Assembly (NCBI GenBank): GCA_964057225.1
Contig: OZ059900.1
Coordinates: 18,662,001 to 18,726,000, forward strand
Source of the DNA: Auanema rhodensis
Taxonomy: Eukaryota; Animalia; Nematoda
Direction of reading: 5' to 3'
DNA: 64,000 nucleotides
In this document: positions 10,603 to 25,200 of the stretch, piece by piece
Position numbering within the stretch: the first letter of the stretch is position 1
How the letters are laid out: each line of letters starts with the position of its first letter
The notes under the pieces: model-generated
What the model saw: the letters and a program-made list of their open reading frames with translations, nothing else
What the model was told of the DNA's origin: nothing
Database searches by the model: none
Translations under genes and position numbers: made by a program

Positions 10603-13600
10603 AACAGGGGTTAGAAAATTAAGGAAATTAGCATATTCTGAGGGCACGCCCCTTATGGCTAATATTGATTAAATCGATTTTTGTTCATATGAGTCGTCAA
10701 ATGCAACGAATTTCAGCGTGTTACATACTAAAATGAAGCATTTTACATGCTGAACACTAGAAAAATACAAAAACACAGTATTTCCCATGAGAAATATTTT
10801 ATTATGCTGGAAAACCAGTTTTTGGAAATTTCGCTGTAAACAAGGTTTTGACTTACGATTTCATGTGTTCAAACTCATGCAATGTCAATGAAACCTAGCT
10901 CAAAATTGTTCGTACAACGTCTAGTTCCACTTTCACGACAAAAAAACAGGGGTTAGAAAATTAAGGAAATTAGCATATTCTGAGGGCACGCCCCTTATGG
11001 CTAATATTGATTAAATCGATTTTTGTTCATATGAGTCGTCAAATGCAACGAATTTCAGCGTGTTACATACTAAAATGAAGCATTTTACATGCTGAACACT
11101 AGAAGAATACAAAAACACAGTATTTCCCATGAGAAATATTTTATTATGCTGGAAAACCAGTTTTTGGAAATTTCGCTGTAAACAAGGTTTTGACTTACGA
11201 TTTCATGTGTTCAAACTCATGCAATGTCAATGAAACCTAGCTCAAAATTGTTCGTACAACGTCTAGTTCCACTTTCACGACAAAAAAACAGGGGTTAAAA
11301 AATTAAGGAAATTAGCATATTCTGAGGGCACGCCCCTTATGGCTAATATTGATTAAATCGATTTTTGTTCATATGAATCGTCAAATGCAACGAATTTCAG
11401 CGTGTTACATACTAAAATGAAGCATTTTACATGCTGAACACTAGAAAAATACAAAAACACAGTATTTCCCATGAGAAATATTTTATTATGCTGGAAAACC
11501 AGTTTTTGGAAATTTCGCTGTAAACAAGGTTTTGACTTACGATTTCATGTGTTCAAACTCATGCAATGTCAATGAAACCTAGCTCAAAATTGTTCGTACA
11601 ACGTCTAGTTCCACTTTCACGACAAAAAAACAGGGGTTAGAAAATTAAGGAAATTAGCATATTCTGAGGGCACGCCCCTTATGGCTAATATTGATTAAAT
11701 CGATTTTTGTTCATATGAGTCGTCAAATGCAACGAATTTCAGCGTGTTACATACTAAAATGAAGCATTTTACATGCTGAACACTAGAAGAATACAAAAAC
11801 ACAGTATTTCCCATGAGAAATATTTTATTATGCTGGAAAACCAGTTTTTGGAAATTTCGCTGTAAACAAGGTTTTGACTTACGATTTCATGTGTTCAAAC
11901 TCATGCAATGTCAATGAAACCTAGCTCAAAATTGTTCGTACAACGTCTAGTTCCACTTTCACGACAAAAAAACAGGGGTTAGAAAATTAAGGAAATTAGC
12001 ATATTCTGAGGGCACGCCCCTTATGGCTAATATTGATTAAATCGATTTTTGTTCATATGAGTCGTCAAATGCAACGAATTTCAGCGTGTTACATACTAAA
12101 ATGAAGCATTTTACATGCTGAACACTAGAAAAATACAAAAACACAGTATTTCCCATGAGAAATATTTTATTATGCTGGAAAACCAGTTTTTGGAAATTTC
12201 GCTGTAAACAAGGTTTTGACTTACGATTTCATGTGTTCAAACTCATGCAATGTCAATGAAACCTAGCTCAAAATTGTTCGTACAACGTCTAGTTCCACTT
12301 TCACGACAAAAAAACAGGGGTTAGAAAATTAAGGAAATTAGCATATTCTGAGGGCACGTCCCTTATGGCTAATATTGATTAAATCGATTTTTGTTCGTAT
12401 GAGTCGTCAAATGCAACGAATTTCAGCGTGTTACATACTAAAATGAAGCATTTTACATGCTGAACACTAGAAAAATACAAAAACACAGTATTTCCCACGA
12501 GAAATATTTTATTATGCTGGAAAACCAGTTTTTGGAAATTTCGGTGTAAACAAGGTTTTGACTTACGATTTCATGTGTTCAAACTCATGCAATGTCAATG
12601 AAACCTAGCTCAAAATTGTTCGTACAACGTCTAGTTCCACTTTCACGACAAAAAAACAGGGGTTAGAAAATTAAGGAAATTAGCATATTCTGAGGGCACG
12701 CCCCTTATGGCTAATATTGATTAAATCGATTTTTGTTCATATGAGTCGTCAAATGCAACGAATTTCAGCGTGTTACATACTAAAATGAAGCATTTCACAT
12801 GCTGAACACTAGAAAAATACAAAAACACAGTATTTCCCACGAGAAATATTTTATTATGCTGGAAAACCAGTTTTTGGAAATTTCGGTGTAAACAAGGTTT
12901 TGACTTACGATTTCATGTGTTCAAACTCATGCAATGTCAATGAAACCTAGCTCAAAATTGTTCGTACAACGTCTAGTTCCACTTTCACGACAAAAAAACA
13001 GGGGTTAGAAAATTAAGGAAATTAGCATATTCTGAGGGCACGCCCCTTATGGCTAATATTGATTAAATCGATTTTTGTTCATATGAGTCGTCAAATGCAA
13101 CGAATTTCAGCGTGTTACATACTAAAATGAAGCATTTTACATGCTGAACACTAGAAGAATACAAAAACACAGTATTTCCCATGAGAAATATTTTATTATG
13201 CTGGAAAACCAGTTTTTGGAAATTTCGCTGTAAACAAGGTTTTGACTTACGATTTCATGTGTTCAAACTCATGCAATGTCAATGAAACCTAGCTCAAAAT
13301 TGTTCGTACAACGTCTAGTTCCACTTTCACGACAAAAAAACAGGGGTTAAAAAATTAAGGAAATTAGCATATTCTGAGGGCACGCCCCTTATGGCTAAGA
13401 TTGATTAAATCGATTTTTGTTCATATGAATCGTCAAATGCAACGAATTTCAGCGTGTTACATACTAAAATGAAGAATTTTACATGCTGAACACTAGAAAA
13501 ATACAAAAACACAGTATTTCCCATGAGAAATATTTTATTATGCTGGAAAACCAGTTTTTGGAAATTTCGCTGTAAACAAGGTTTTGACTTACGATTTCAT

Positions 13601-16600
13601 GTGTTCAAACTCATGCAATGTCAATGAAACCTAGCTCAAAATTGTTCGTACAACGTCTAGTTCCACTTTCACGACAAAAAAACAGGGGTTAGAAAATTAA
13701 GGAAATTAGCATAATCTGAGGGCACGCCCCTTATGGCTAATATTGATTAAATCGATTTTTGTTCATATGAGTCGTCAAATGCAACGAATTTCAGCGTGTT
13801 ACACACTAAAATGAAGCATTTCACATGCTGAACACTAGAAAAATACAAAAACACAGTATTTCCCATGAGAAATATTTTATTATGCTGGAAAACCAGTTTT
13901 TGGAAATTTCGCTGTAAACAAGGTTTTGACTTACGATTTCATGTGTTCAAACTCATGCAATGTCAATGAAACCTAGCTCAAAATTGTTCGTACAACGTCT
14001 AGTTCCACTTTCACGACAAAAAAACAGGGGTTAAAAAATTAAGGAAATTAGCATATTCTGAGGGCACGCCCCTTATGGCTAAGATTGATTAAATCGATTT
14101 TTGTTCATATGAATCGTCAAATGCAACGAATTTCAGCGTGTTACATACTAAAATGAAGCATTTTACATGCTGAACACTAGAAAAATACAAAAACACAGTA
14201 TTTCCCATGAGAAATATTTTATTATGCTGGAAAACCAGTTTTTGGAAATTTCGCTGTAAACAAGGTTTTGACTTACGATTTCATGTGTTCAAACTCATGC
14301 AATGTCAATGAAACCTAGCTCAAAATTGTTCGTACAACGTCTAGTTCCACTTTCACGACAAAAAAACAGGGGTTAGAAAATTAAGGAAATTAGCATAATC
14401 TGAGGGCACGCCCCTTATGGCTAATATTGATTAAATCGATTTTTGTTCATATGAGTCGTCAAATGCAACGAATTTCAGCGTGTTACATACTAAAATGAAG
14501 CATTTTACATGCTGAACACTAGAAGAATACAAAAACACAGTATTTCCCATGAGAAATATTTTATTATGCTGGAAAACCAGTTTTTGGAAATTTCGCTGTA
14601 AACAAGGTTTTGACTTACGATTTCATGTGTTCAAACTCATGCAATGTCAATGAAACCTAGCTCAAAATTGTTCGTACAACGTCTAGTTCCACTTTCACGA
14701 CAAAAAAACAGGGGTTAGAAAATTAAGGAAATTAGCATATTCTGAGGGCACGCCCATTATGGCTAATATTGATTAAATCGATTTTTGTTCATATGAATCG
14801 TCAAATGCAACGAATTTCAGCGTGTTACATACTAAAATGAAGCATTTTACATGCTGAACACTAGAAAAATACAAAAACACAGTATTTCCCATGAGAAATA
14901 TTTTATTATGCTGGAAAACCAGTTTTTGGAAATTTCGCTGTAAACAAGGTTTTGACTTACGATTTCATGTGTTCAAACTCATGCAATGTCAATGAAACCT
15001 AGCTCAAAATTGTTCGTACAACGTCTAGTTCCACTTTCACGACAAAAAAACAGGGGTTAGAAAATTAAGGAAATTAGCATATTCTGAGGGCACGCCCCTT
15101 ATGGCTAATATTGATTAAATCGATTTTTGTTCATATGAGTCGTCAAATGCAACGAATTTCAGCGTGTTACATACTAAAATGAAGCATTTTACATGCTGAA
15201 CACTAGAAGAATACAAAAACACAGTATTTCCCATGAGAAATATTTTATTATGCTGGAAAACCAGTTTTTGGAAATTTCGCTGTAAACAAGGTTTTGACTT
15301 ACGATTTCATGTGTTCAAACTCATGCAATGTCAATGAAACCTAGCTCAAAATTGTTCGTACAACGTCTAGTTCCACTTTCACGACAAAAAAACAGGGGTT
15401 AGAAAATTAAGGAAATTAGCATATTCTGAGGGCACGCCCCTTATGGCTAATATTGATTAAATCGATTTTTGTTCATATGAGTCGTCAAATGCAACGAATT
15501 TCAGCGTGTTACATACTAAAATGAAGCATTTTACATGCTGAACACTAGAAAAATACAAAAACACAGTATTTCCCATGAGAAATATTTTATTATGCTGGAA
15601 AACCAGTTTTTGGAAATTTCGCTGTAAACAAGGTTTTGACTTACGATTTCATGTGTTCAAACTCATGCAATGTCAATGAAACCTAGCTCAAAATTGTTCG
15701 TACAACGTCTAGTTCCACTTTCACGACAAAAAAACAGGGGTTAGAAAATTAAGGAAATTAGCATATTCTGAGGGCACGCCCCTTATGGCTAATATTGATT
15801 AAATCGATTTTTGTTCGTATGAGTCGTCAAATGCAACGAATTTCAGCGTGTTACATACTAAAATGAAGCATTTTACATGCTGAACACTAGAAAAATACAA
15901 AAACACAGTATTTCCCACGAGAAATATTTTATTATGCTGGAAAACCAGTTTTTGGAAATTTCGGTGTAAACAAGGTTTTGACTTACGATTTCATGTGTTC
16001 AAACTCATGCAATGTCAATGAAACCTAGCTCAAAATTGTTCGTACAACGTCTAGTTCCACTTTCACGACAAAAAAACAGGGGTTAGAAAATTAAGGAAAT
16101 TAGCATATTCTGAGGGCACGCCCCTTATGGCTAATATTGATTAAATCGATTTTTGTTCATATGAGTCGTCAAATGCAACGAATTTCAGCGTGTTACATAC
16201 TAAAATGAAGCATTTTACATGCTGAACACTAGAAAAATACAAAAACACAGTATTTCCCATGAGAATTATTTTATTATGCTGGAAAACCAGTTTTTGGAAA
16301 TTTCGCTGTAAACAAGGTTTTGACTTACGATTTCATGTGTTCAAACTCATGCAATGTCAATGAAACCTAGCTCAAAATTGTTCGTACAACGTCTAGTTTC
16401 ACTTTCACGACAAAAAAACAGGGGTTAGAAAATTAAGGAAATTAGCATATTCTGAGGGCACGCCCCTTATGGCTAATATTGATTAAATCGATTTTTGTTC
16501 ATATGAGTCGTCAAATGCAACGAATTTCAGCGTGTTACATACTAAAATGAAGCATTTTACATGCTGAACACTAGAAGAATACAAAAACACAGTATTTCCC

Positions 16601-17443
16601 ATGAGAAATATTTTATTATGCTGGAAAACCAGTTTTTGGAAATTTCGCTGTATACAAGGTTTTGACTTACGATTTCATGTGTTCAAACTCATGCAATGTC
16701 AATGAAACCTAGCTCAAAATTGTTCGTACAACGTCTAGTTCCACTTTCACGACAAAAAAACTGGGGTTAGAAAATTAAGGAAATTAGCATATTCTGAGGG
16801 CACGCCCCTTATGGCTAATATTGATTAAATCGATTTTTGTTCATATGAGTCGTCAAATGCAACGAATTTCAGCGTGTTACATACTAAAATGAAGCATTTT
16901 ACATGCTGAACACTAGAAAAATACAAAAACACAGTATTTCCCATGAGAAATATTTTATTATGCTGGAAAACCAGTTTTTGGAAATTTCGCTGTAAACAAG
17001 GTTTTGACTTACGATTTCATGTGTTCAAACTCATGCAATGTCAATGAAACCTAGCTCAAAATTGTTCGTACAACGTCTAGTTCCACTTTCACGACAAAAA
17101 AACAGGGGTTAGAAAATTAAGGAAATTAGCATATTCTGAGGGCACGCCCCTTATGGCTAATATTGATTAAATCGATTTTTGTTCATATGAGTCGTCAAAT
17201 GCAACGAATTTCAGCGTGTTACATACTAAAATGAAGCATTTTACATGCTGAACACTAGAAAAATACAAAAACACAGTATTTCCCATGAGAAATATTTTAT
17301 TATGCTGGAAAACCAGTTTTTGGAAATTTCGCTGTAAACAAGGTTTTGACTTACGATTTCATGTGTTCAAACTCATGCAATGTCAATGAAACCTAGCTCA
17401 AAATTGTTCGTACAACGTCTAGTTCCACTTTCACGACAAAAAA

Positions 17444-20400
17444 AACAGGGGTTAGAAAATTAAGGAAATTAGCATATTCTGAGGGCACGCCCCTTATGGC
17501 TAATATTGATTAAATCGATTTTTGTTCATATGAGTCGTCAAATGCAACGAATTTCAGCGTGTTACATACTAAAATGAAGCATTCTACATGCTGAACACTA
17601 GAAGAATACAAAAACACAGTATTTCTCATGAGAAATATTTTATTATGCTGGAAAACCAGTTTTTGGAAATTTCGCTGTAAACAAGGTTTTGACTTACGAT
17701 TTCATGTGTTCAAACTAATGCAATGTCAATGAAACCTAGCTCAAAATTGTTCGTACAACGTCTAGTTCCACTTTCACGACAAAAAAACAGGGGTTAGAAA
17801 ATTAAGGAAATTAGCATATTCTGAGGGCACGCCCCTTATGGCTAATATTGATTAAATCGATTTTTGTTCATATGAGTCGTCAAATGCAACGAATTTCAGC
17901 GTGTTACATACTAAAATGAAGCATTTTACATGCTGAACACTAGAAGAATACAAAAACACAGTATTTCCCATGAGAAATATTTTATTATGCTGGAAAACCA
18001 ATTTTTGGAATTTTCGCTGTAAACAAGGTTTTGACTTACGATTTCATGTGTTCAAACTCATGCAATGTCAATGAAACCTAGCTCAAAATTGTTCGTACAA
18101 CGTCTAGTTCCACTTTCACGACAAAAAAACAGGGGTTAGAAAATTAAGGAAATTAGCATATTCTGAGGGCACGCCCCTTATGGCTAATATTGATTAAATC
18201 GATTTTTGTTCATATGAGTCCTCAAATGCAACGAATTTCAGCGTGTTACATACTAAAATGAAGCATTTTACATGCTGAACACTAGAAAAATACAAAAACA
18301 CAGTATTTCCCATGAGAAATATTTTATTATGCTGGAAAACCAGTTTTTGGAAATTTCGCTGTAAACAAGGTTTTGACTTACGATTTCATGTGTTCAAACT
18401 CATGCAATGTCAATGAAACCTAGCTCAAAATTGTTCGTACAACGTCTAGTTCCACTTTCACGACAAAAAAACAGGGGTTAGAAAATTAAGGAAATTAGCA
18501 TATTCTGAGGGCACGCCCCTTATGGCTAATATTGATTAAATCGATTTTTGTTCATATGAGTCGTCAAATGCAACGAATTTCAGCGTGTTACATACTAAAA
18601 TGAAGCATTTTACATGCTGAACACTAGAAAAATACAAAAACACAGTATTTCCCATGAGAAATATTTTATTATGCTGGAAAACCAGTTTTTGGAAATTTCG
18701 CTGTAAACAAGGTTTTGACTTACGATTTCATGTGTTCAAACTCATGCAATGTCAATGAAACCTAGCTCAAAATTGTTCGTACAACGTCTAGTTCCACTTT
18801 CACGACAAAAAAACAGGGGTTAGAAAATTAAGGAAATTAGCATATTCTGAGGGCACGCCCCTTATGGCTAATATTGATTAAATCGATTTTTGTTCATATG
18901 AGTCGTCAAATGCAACGAATTTCAGCGTGTTACATACTAAAATGAAGCATTCTACATGCTGAACACTAGAAGAATACAAAAACACAGTATTTCCCATGAG
19001 AAATATTTTATTATGCTGGAAAACCAGTTTTTGGAAATTTCGCTGTAAACAAGGTTTTGACTTACGATTTCATGTGTTCAAACTAATGCAATGTCAATGA
19101 AACCTAGCTCAAAATTGTTCGTACAACGTCTAGTTCCACTTTCACGACAAAAAAACAGGGGTTAGAAAATTAAGGAAATTAGCATATTCTGAGGGCACGC
19201 CCCTTATGGCTAATATTGATTAAATCGATTTTTGTTCATATGAGTCGTCAAATGCAACGAATTTCAGCGTGTTACATACTAAAATGAAGCATTTTACATG
19301 CTGAACACTAGAAGAATACAAAAACACAGTATTTCCCATGAGAAATATTTTATTATGCTGGAAAACCAATTTTTGGAAATTTCGCTGTAAACAAGGTTTT
19401 GACTTACGATTTCATGTGTTCAAACTCATGCAATGTCAATGAAACCTAGCTCAAAATTGTTCGTACAACGTCTAGTTCCACTTTCACGACAAAAAAACAG
19501 GGGTTAGAAAATTAAGGAAATTAGCATATTCTGAGGGCACGCCCCTTATGGCTAATATTGATTAAATCGATTTTTGTTCATATGAGTCCTCAAATGCAAC
19601 GAATTTCAGCGTGTTACATACTAAAATGAAGCATTTTACATGCTGAACACTAGAAAAATACAAAAACACAGTATTTCCCATGAGAAATATTTTATTATGC
19701 TGGAAAACCAGTTTTTGGAAATTTCGCTGTAAACAAGGTTTTGACTTACGATTTCATGTGTTCAAACTCATGCAATGTCAATGAAACCTAGCTCAAAATT
19801 GTTCGTACAACGTCTAGTTTCACTTTCACGACAAAAAAACAGGGGTTAGAAAATTAAGGAAATTAGCATATTCTGAGGGCACGCCCCTTATGGCTAATAT
19901 TGATTAAATCGATTTTTGTTCATATGAGTCGTCAAATGCAACGAATTTCAGCGTGTTACATACTAAAATGAAGCATTTTACATGCTGAACACTAGAAGAA
20001 TACAAAAACACAGTATTTCCCATGAGAAATATTTTATTATGCTGGAAAACCAGTTTTTGGAAATTTCGCTGTAAACAAGGTTTTGACTTACGATTTCATG
20101 TGTTCAAACTCATGCAATGTCAATGAAACCTAGCTCAAAATTGTTCGTACAACGTCTAGTTCCACTTTCACGACAAAAAAACTGGGGTTAGAAAATTAAG
20201 GAAATTAGCATATTCTGAGGGCACGCCCCTTATGGCTAATATTGATTAAATCGATTTTTGTTCATATGAGTCGTCAAATGCAACGAATTTCAGCGTGTTA
20301 CATACTAAAATGAAGCATTTTACATGCTGAACACTAGAAAAATACAAAAACACAGTATTTCCCATGAGAAATATTTTATTATGCTGGAAAACCAGTTTTT

Positions 20401-22232
20401 GGAAATTTCGCTGTAAACAAGGTTTTGACTTACGATTTCATGTGTTCAAACTCATGCAATGTCAATGAAACCTAGCTCAAAATTGTTCGTACAACGTCTA
20501 GTTCCACTTTCACGACAAAAAAACAGGGGTTAGAAAATTAAGGAAATTAGCATATTCTGAGGGCACGCCCCTTATGGCTAATATTGATTAAATCGATTTT
20601 TGTTCATATGAGTCGTCAAATGCAACGAATTTCAGCGTGTTACATACTAAAATGAAGCATTTTACATGCTGAACACTAGAAAAATACAAAAACACAGTAT
20701 TTCCCATGAGAAATATTTTATTATGCTGGAAAACCAGTTTTTGGAAATTTCGCTGTAAACAAGGTTTTGACTTACGATTTCATGTGTTCAAACTCATGCA
20801 ATGTCAATGAAACCTAGCTCAAAATTGTTCGTACAACGTCTAGTTCCACTTTCACGACAAAAAAAACAGGGGTTAGAAAATTAAGGAAATTAGCATATTC
20901 TGAGGGCACGCCCCTTATGGCTAATATTGATTAAATCGATTTTTGTTCATATGAGTCGTCAAATGCAACGAATTTCAGCGTGTTACATACTAAAATGAAG
21001 CATTTTACATGCTGAACACTAGAAGAATACAAAAACACAGTATTTCCCATGAGAAATATTTTATTATGCTGGAAAACCAGTTTTTGGAAATTTCGCTGTA
21101 AACAAGGTTTTGACTTACGATTTCATGTGTTCAAACTCATGCAATGTCAATGAAACCTAGCTCAAAATTGTTCGTACAACGTCTAGTTCCACTTTCACGA
21201 CAAAAAAACAGGGGTTAGAAAATTAAGGAAATTAGCATATTCTGAGGGCACGCCCCTTATGGCTAATATTGATTAAATCGATTTTTGTTCATATGAGTCG
21301 TCAAATGCAACGAATTTCAGCGTGTTACATACTAAAATGAAGCATTCTACATGCTGAACACTAGAAGAATACAAAAACACAGTATTTCCCATGAGAAATA
21401 TTTTATTATGCTGGAAAACCAGTTTTTGGAAATTTCGCTGTAAACAAGGTTTTGACTTACGATTTCATGTGTTCAAACTAATGCAATGTCAATGAAACCT
21501 AGCTCAAAATTGTTCGTACAACGTCTAGTTCCACTTTCACGACAAAAAAACAGGGGTTAGAAAATTAAGGAAATTAGCATATTCTGAGGGCACGCCCCTT
21601 ATGGCTAATATTGATTAAATCGATTTTTGTTCATATGAGTCGTCAAATGCAACGAATTTCAGCGTGTTACATACTAAAATGAAGCATTTTACATGCTGAA
21701 CACTAGAAGAATACAAAAACACAGTATTTCCCATGAGAAATATTTTATTATGCTGGAAAACCAATTTTTGGAAATTTCGCTGTAAACAAGGTTTTGACTT
21801 ACGATTTCATGTGTTCAAACTCATGCAATGTCAATGAAACCTAGCTCAAAATTGTTCGTACAACGTCTAGTTCCACTTTCACGACAAAAAAACAGGGGTT
21901 AGAAAATTAAGGAAATTAGCATATTCTGAGGGCACGCCCCTTATGGCTAATATTGATTAAATCGATTTTTGTTCATATGAGTCCTCAAATGCAACGAATT
22001 TCAGCGTGTTACATACTAAAATGAAGCATTTTACATGCTGAACACTAGAAAAATACAAAAACACAGTATTTCCCATGAGAAATATTTTATTATGCTGGAA
22101 AACCAGTTTTTGGAAATTTCGCTGTAAACAAGGTTTTGACTTACGATTTCATGTGTTCAAACTCATGCAATGTCAATGAAACCTAGCTCAGAAATGTTCG
22201 TACAACGTCTAGTTCCACTTTCACGACAAAAA
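17444..22232. repeat. Three copies of a 3-monomer cassette (T141C+C274A / G216A / G94C); fourth copy at 42072-43097
   Basis: Cassettes start at 17444, 18812 and 21207. CATTCTAC with AACTAATG, then ACCAATTT, then GTCCTCAA occur in consecutive monomers each time. Confidence 0.9.
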
Positions 22233-25200
22233 AACAGGGGTTAGAAAATTAAGGAAATTAGCATATTCTGAGGGCACGCCCCTTATGGCTAATATTGATT
22301 AAATCGATTTTTGTTCATATGAGTCGTCAAATGCAACGAATTTCAGCGTGTTACATACTAAAATGAAGCATTTTACATGCTGAACACTAGAAGAATACAA
22401 AAACACAGTATTTCCCATGAGAAATATTTTATTATGCTGGAAAACCAGTTTTTGGAAATTTCGCTGTAAACAAGGTTTTGACTTACGATTTCATGTGTTC
22501 AAACTCATGCAATGTCAATGAAACCTAGCTCAAAATTGTTCGTACAACGTCTAGTTCCACTTTCACGACAAAAAAACAGGGGTTAGAAATTAAGGAAATT
22601 AGCATATTCTGAGGGCACGCCCCTTATGGCTAATATTGATTAAATCGATTTTTGTTCATATGAGTCGTCAAATGCAACGAATTTCAGCGTGTTACATACT
22701 AAAATGAAGCATTTTACATGCTGAACACTAGAAAAATACAAAAACACAGTATTTCCCATGAGAAATATTTTATTATGCTGGAAAACCAGTTTTTGGAAAT
22801 TTCGCTGTAAACAAGGTTTTGACTTACGATTTCATGTGTTCAAACTCATGCAATGTCAATGAAACCTAGCTCAAAAATGTTCGTACAACGTCTAGTTCCA
22901 CTTTCACGACAAAAAAACAGGGGTTAGAAAATTAAGGAAATTAGCATATTCTGAGGGCACGCCCCTTATGGCTAATATTGATTAAATCGATTTTTGTTCA
23001 TATGAGTCGTCAAATGCAACGAATTTCAGCGTGTTACATACTAAAATGAAGCATTTTACATGCTGAACACTAGAAAAATACAAAAACACAGTATTTCCCA
23101 TGAGAAATATTTTATTATGCTGGAAAACCAGTTTTTGGAAATTTCGCTGTAAACAAGGTTTTGACTTACGATTTCATGTGTTCAAACTCATGCAATGTCA
23201 ATGAAACCTAGCTCAAAAATGTTCGTACAACGTCTAGTTCCACTTTCACGACAAAAAAACAGGGGTTAGAAAATTAAGGAAATTAGCATATTCTGAGGGC
23301 ACGCCCCTTATGGCTAATATTGATTAAATCGATTTTTGTTCATATGAGTCGTCAAATGCAACGAATTTCAGCGTGTTACATACTAAAATGAAGCATTTTA
23401 CATGCTGAACACTAGAAGAATACAAAAACACAGTATTTCCCATGAGAAATATTTTATTATGCTGGAAAACCAGTTTTTGGAAATTTCGCTGTAAACAAGG
23501 TTTTGACTTACGATTTCATGTGTTCAAACTCATGCAATGTCAATGAAACCTAGCTCAAAATTGTTCGTACAACGTCTAGTTCCACTTTCACGACAAAAAA
23601 ACAGGGGTTAAAAAATTAAGGAAATTAGCATATTCTGAGGGCACGCCCCTTATGGCTAATATTGATTAAATCGATTTTTGTTCATATGAGTCGTCAAATG
23701 CAACGAATTTCAGCGTGTTACATACTAAAATGAAGCATTTTACATGCTGAACACTAGAAAAATACAAAAACACAGTATTTCCCATGAGAAATATTTTATT
23801 ATGCTGGAAAACCAGTTTTTGGAAATTTCGCTGTAAACAAGGTTTTGACTTACGATTTCATGTGTTCAAACTCATGCAATGTCAATGAAACCTAGCTCAA
23901 AATTGTTCGTACAACGTCTAGTTCCACTTTCACGACAAAAAAACAGGGGTTAGAAAATTAAGGAAATTAGCATATTCTGAGGGCACGCCCCTTATGGCTA
24001 ATATTGATTAAATCGATTTTTGTTCATATGAGTCGTCAAATGCAACGAATTTCAGCGTGTTACATACTAAAATGAAGCATTTTACATGCTGAACACTAGA
24101 AAAATACAAAAACACAGTATTTCCCATGAGAAATATTTTATTATGCTGGAAAACCAGTTTTTGGAAATTTCGCTGTAAACAAGGTTTTGACTTACGATTT
24201 CATGTGTTCAAACTCATGCAATGTCAATGAAACCTAGCTCAAAATTGTTCGTACAACGTCTAGTTCCACTTTCACGACAAAAAAACAAGGGTTAGAAAAT
24301 TAAGGAAATTAGCATATTCTGAGGGCACGCCCCTTATGGCTAATATTGATTAAATCGATTTTTGTTCATATGAGTCGTCAAATGCAACGAATTTCAGCGT
24401 GTTACATACTAAAATGAAGCATTTTACATGCTGAACACTAGAAAAATACAAAAACACAGTATTTCCCATGAGAAATATTTTATTATGCTGGAAAACCAGT
24501 TTTTGGAAATTTCGCTGTAAACAAGGTTTTGACTTACGATTTCATGTGTTCAAACTCATGCAATGTTAATGAAACCTAGCTCAAAATTGTTCGTACAACG
24601 TCTAGTTCCACTTTCACGACAAAAAAACAGGGGTTAGAAAATTAAGGAAATTAGCATATTCTGAGGGCACGCCCCTTATGGCTAATATTGATTAAATCGA
24701 TTTTTGTTCATATGAGTCGTCAAATGCAACGAATTTCAGCGTGTTACATACTAAAATGAAGCATTTTACATGCTGAACACTAGAAAAATACAAAAACACA
24801 GTATTTCCCATGAGAAATATTTTATTATGCTGGAAAACCAGTTTTTGGAAATTTCGCTGTAAACAAGGTTTTGACTTACGATTTCATGTGTTCAAACTCA
24901 TGCAATGTCAATGAAACCTAGCTCAAAATTGTTCGTACAACGTCTAGTTCCACTTTCACGACAAAAAAACTGGGGTTAGAAAATTAAGGAAATTAGCATA
25001 TTCTGAGGGCACGCCCCTTATGGCTAATATTGATTAAATCGATTTTTGTTCATATGAGTCGTCAAATGCAACGAATTTCAGCGTGTTACATACTAAAATG
25101 AAGCATTTTACATGCTGAACACTAGAAAAATACAAAAACACAGTATTTCCCATGAGAAATATTTTATTATGCTGGAAAACCAGTTTTTGGAAATTTCGCT

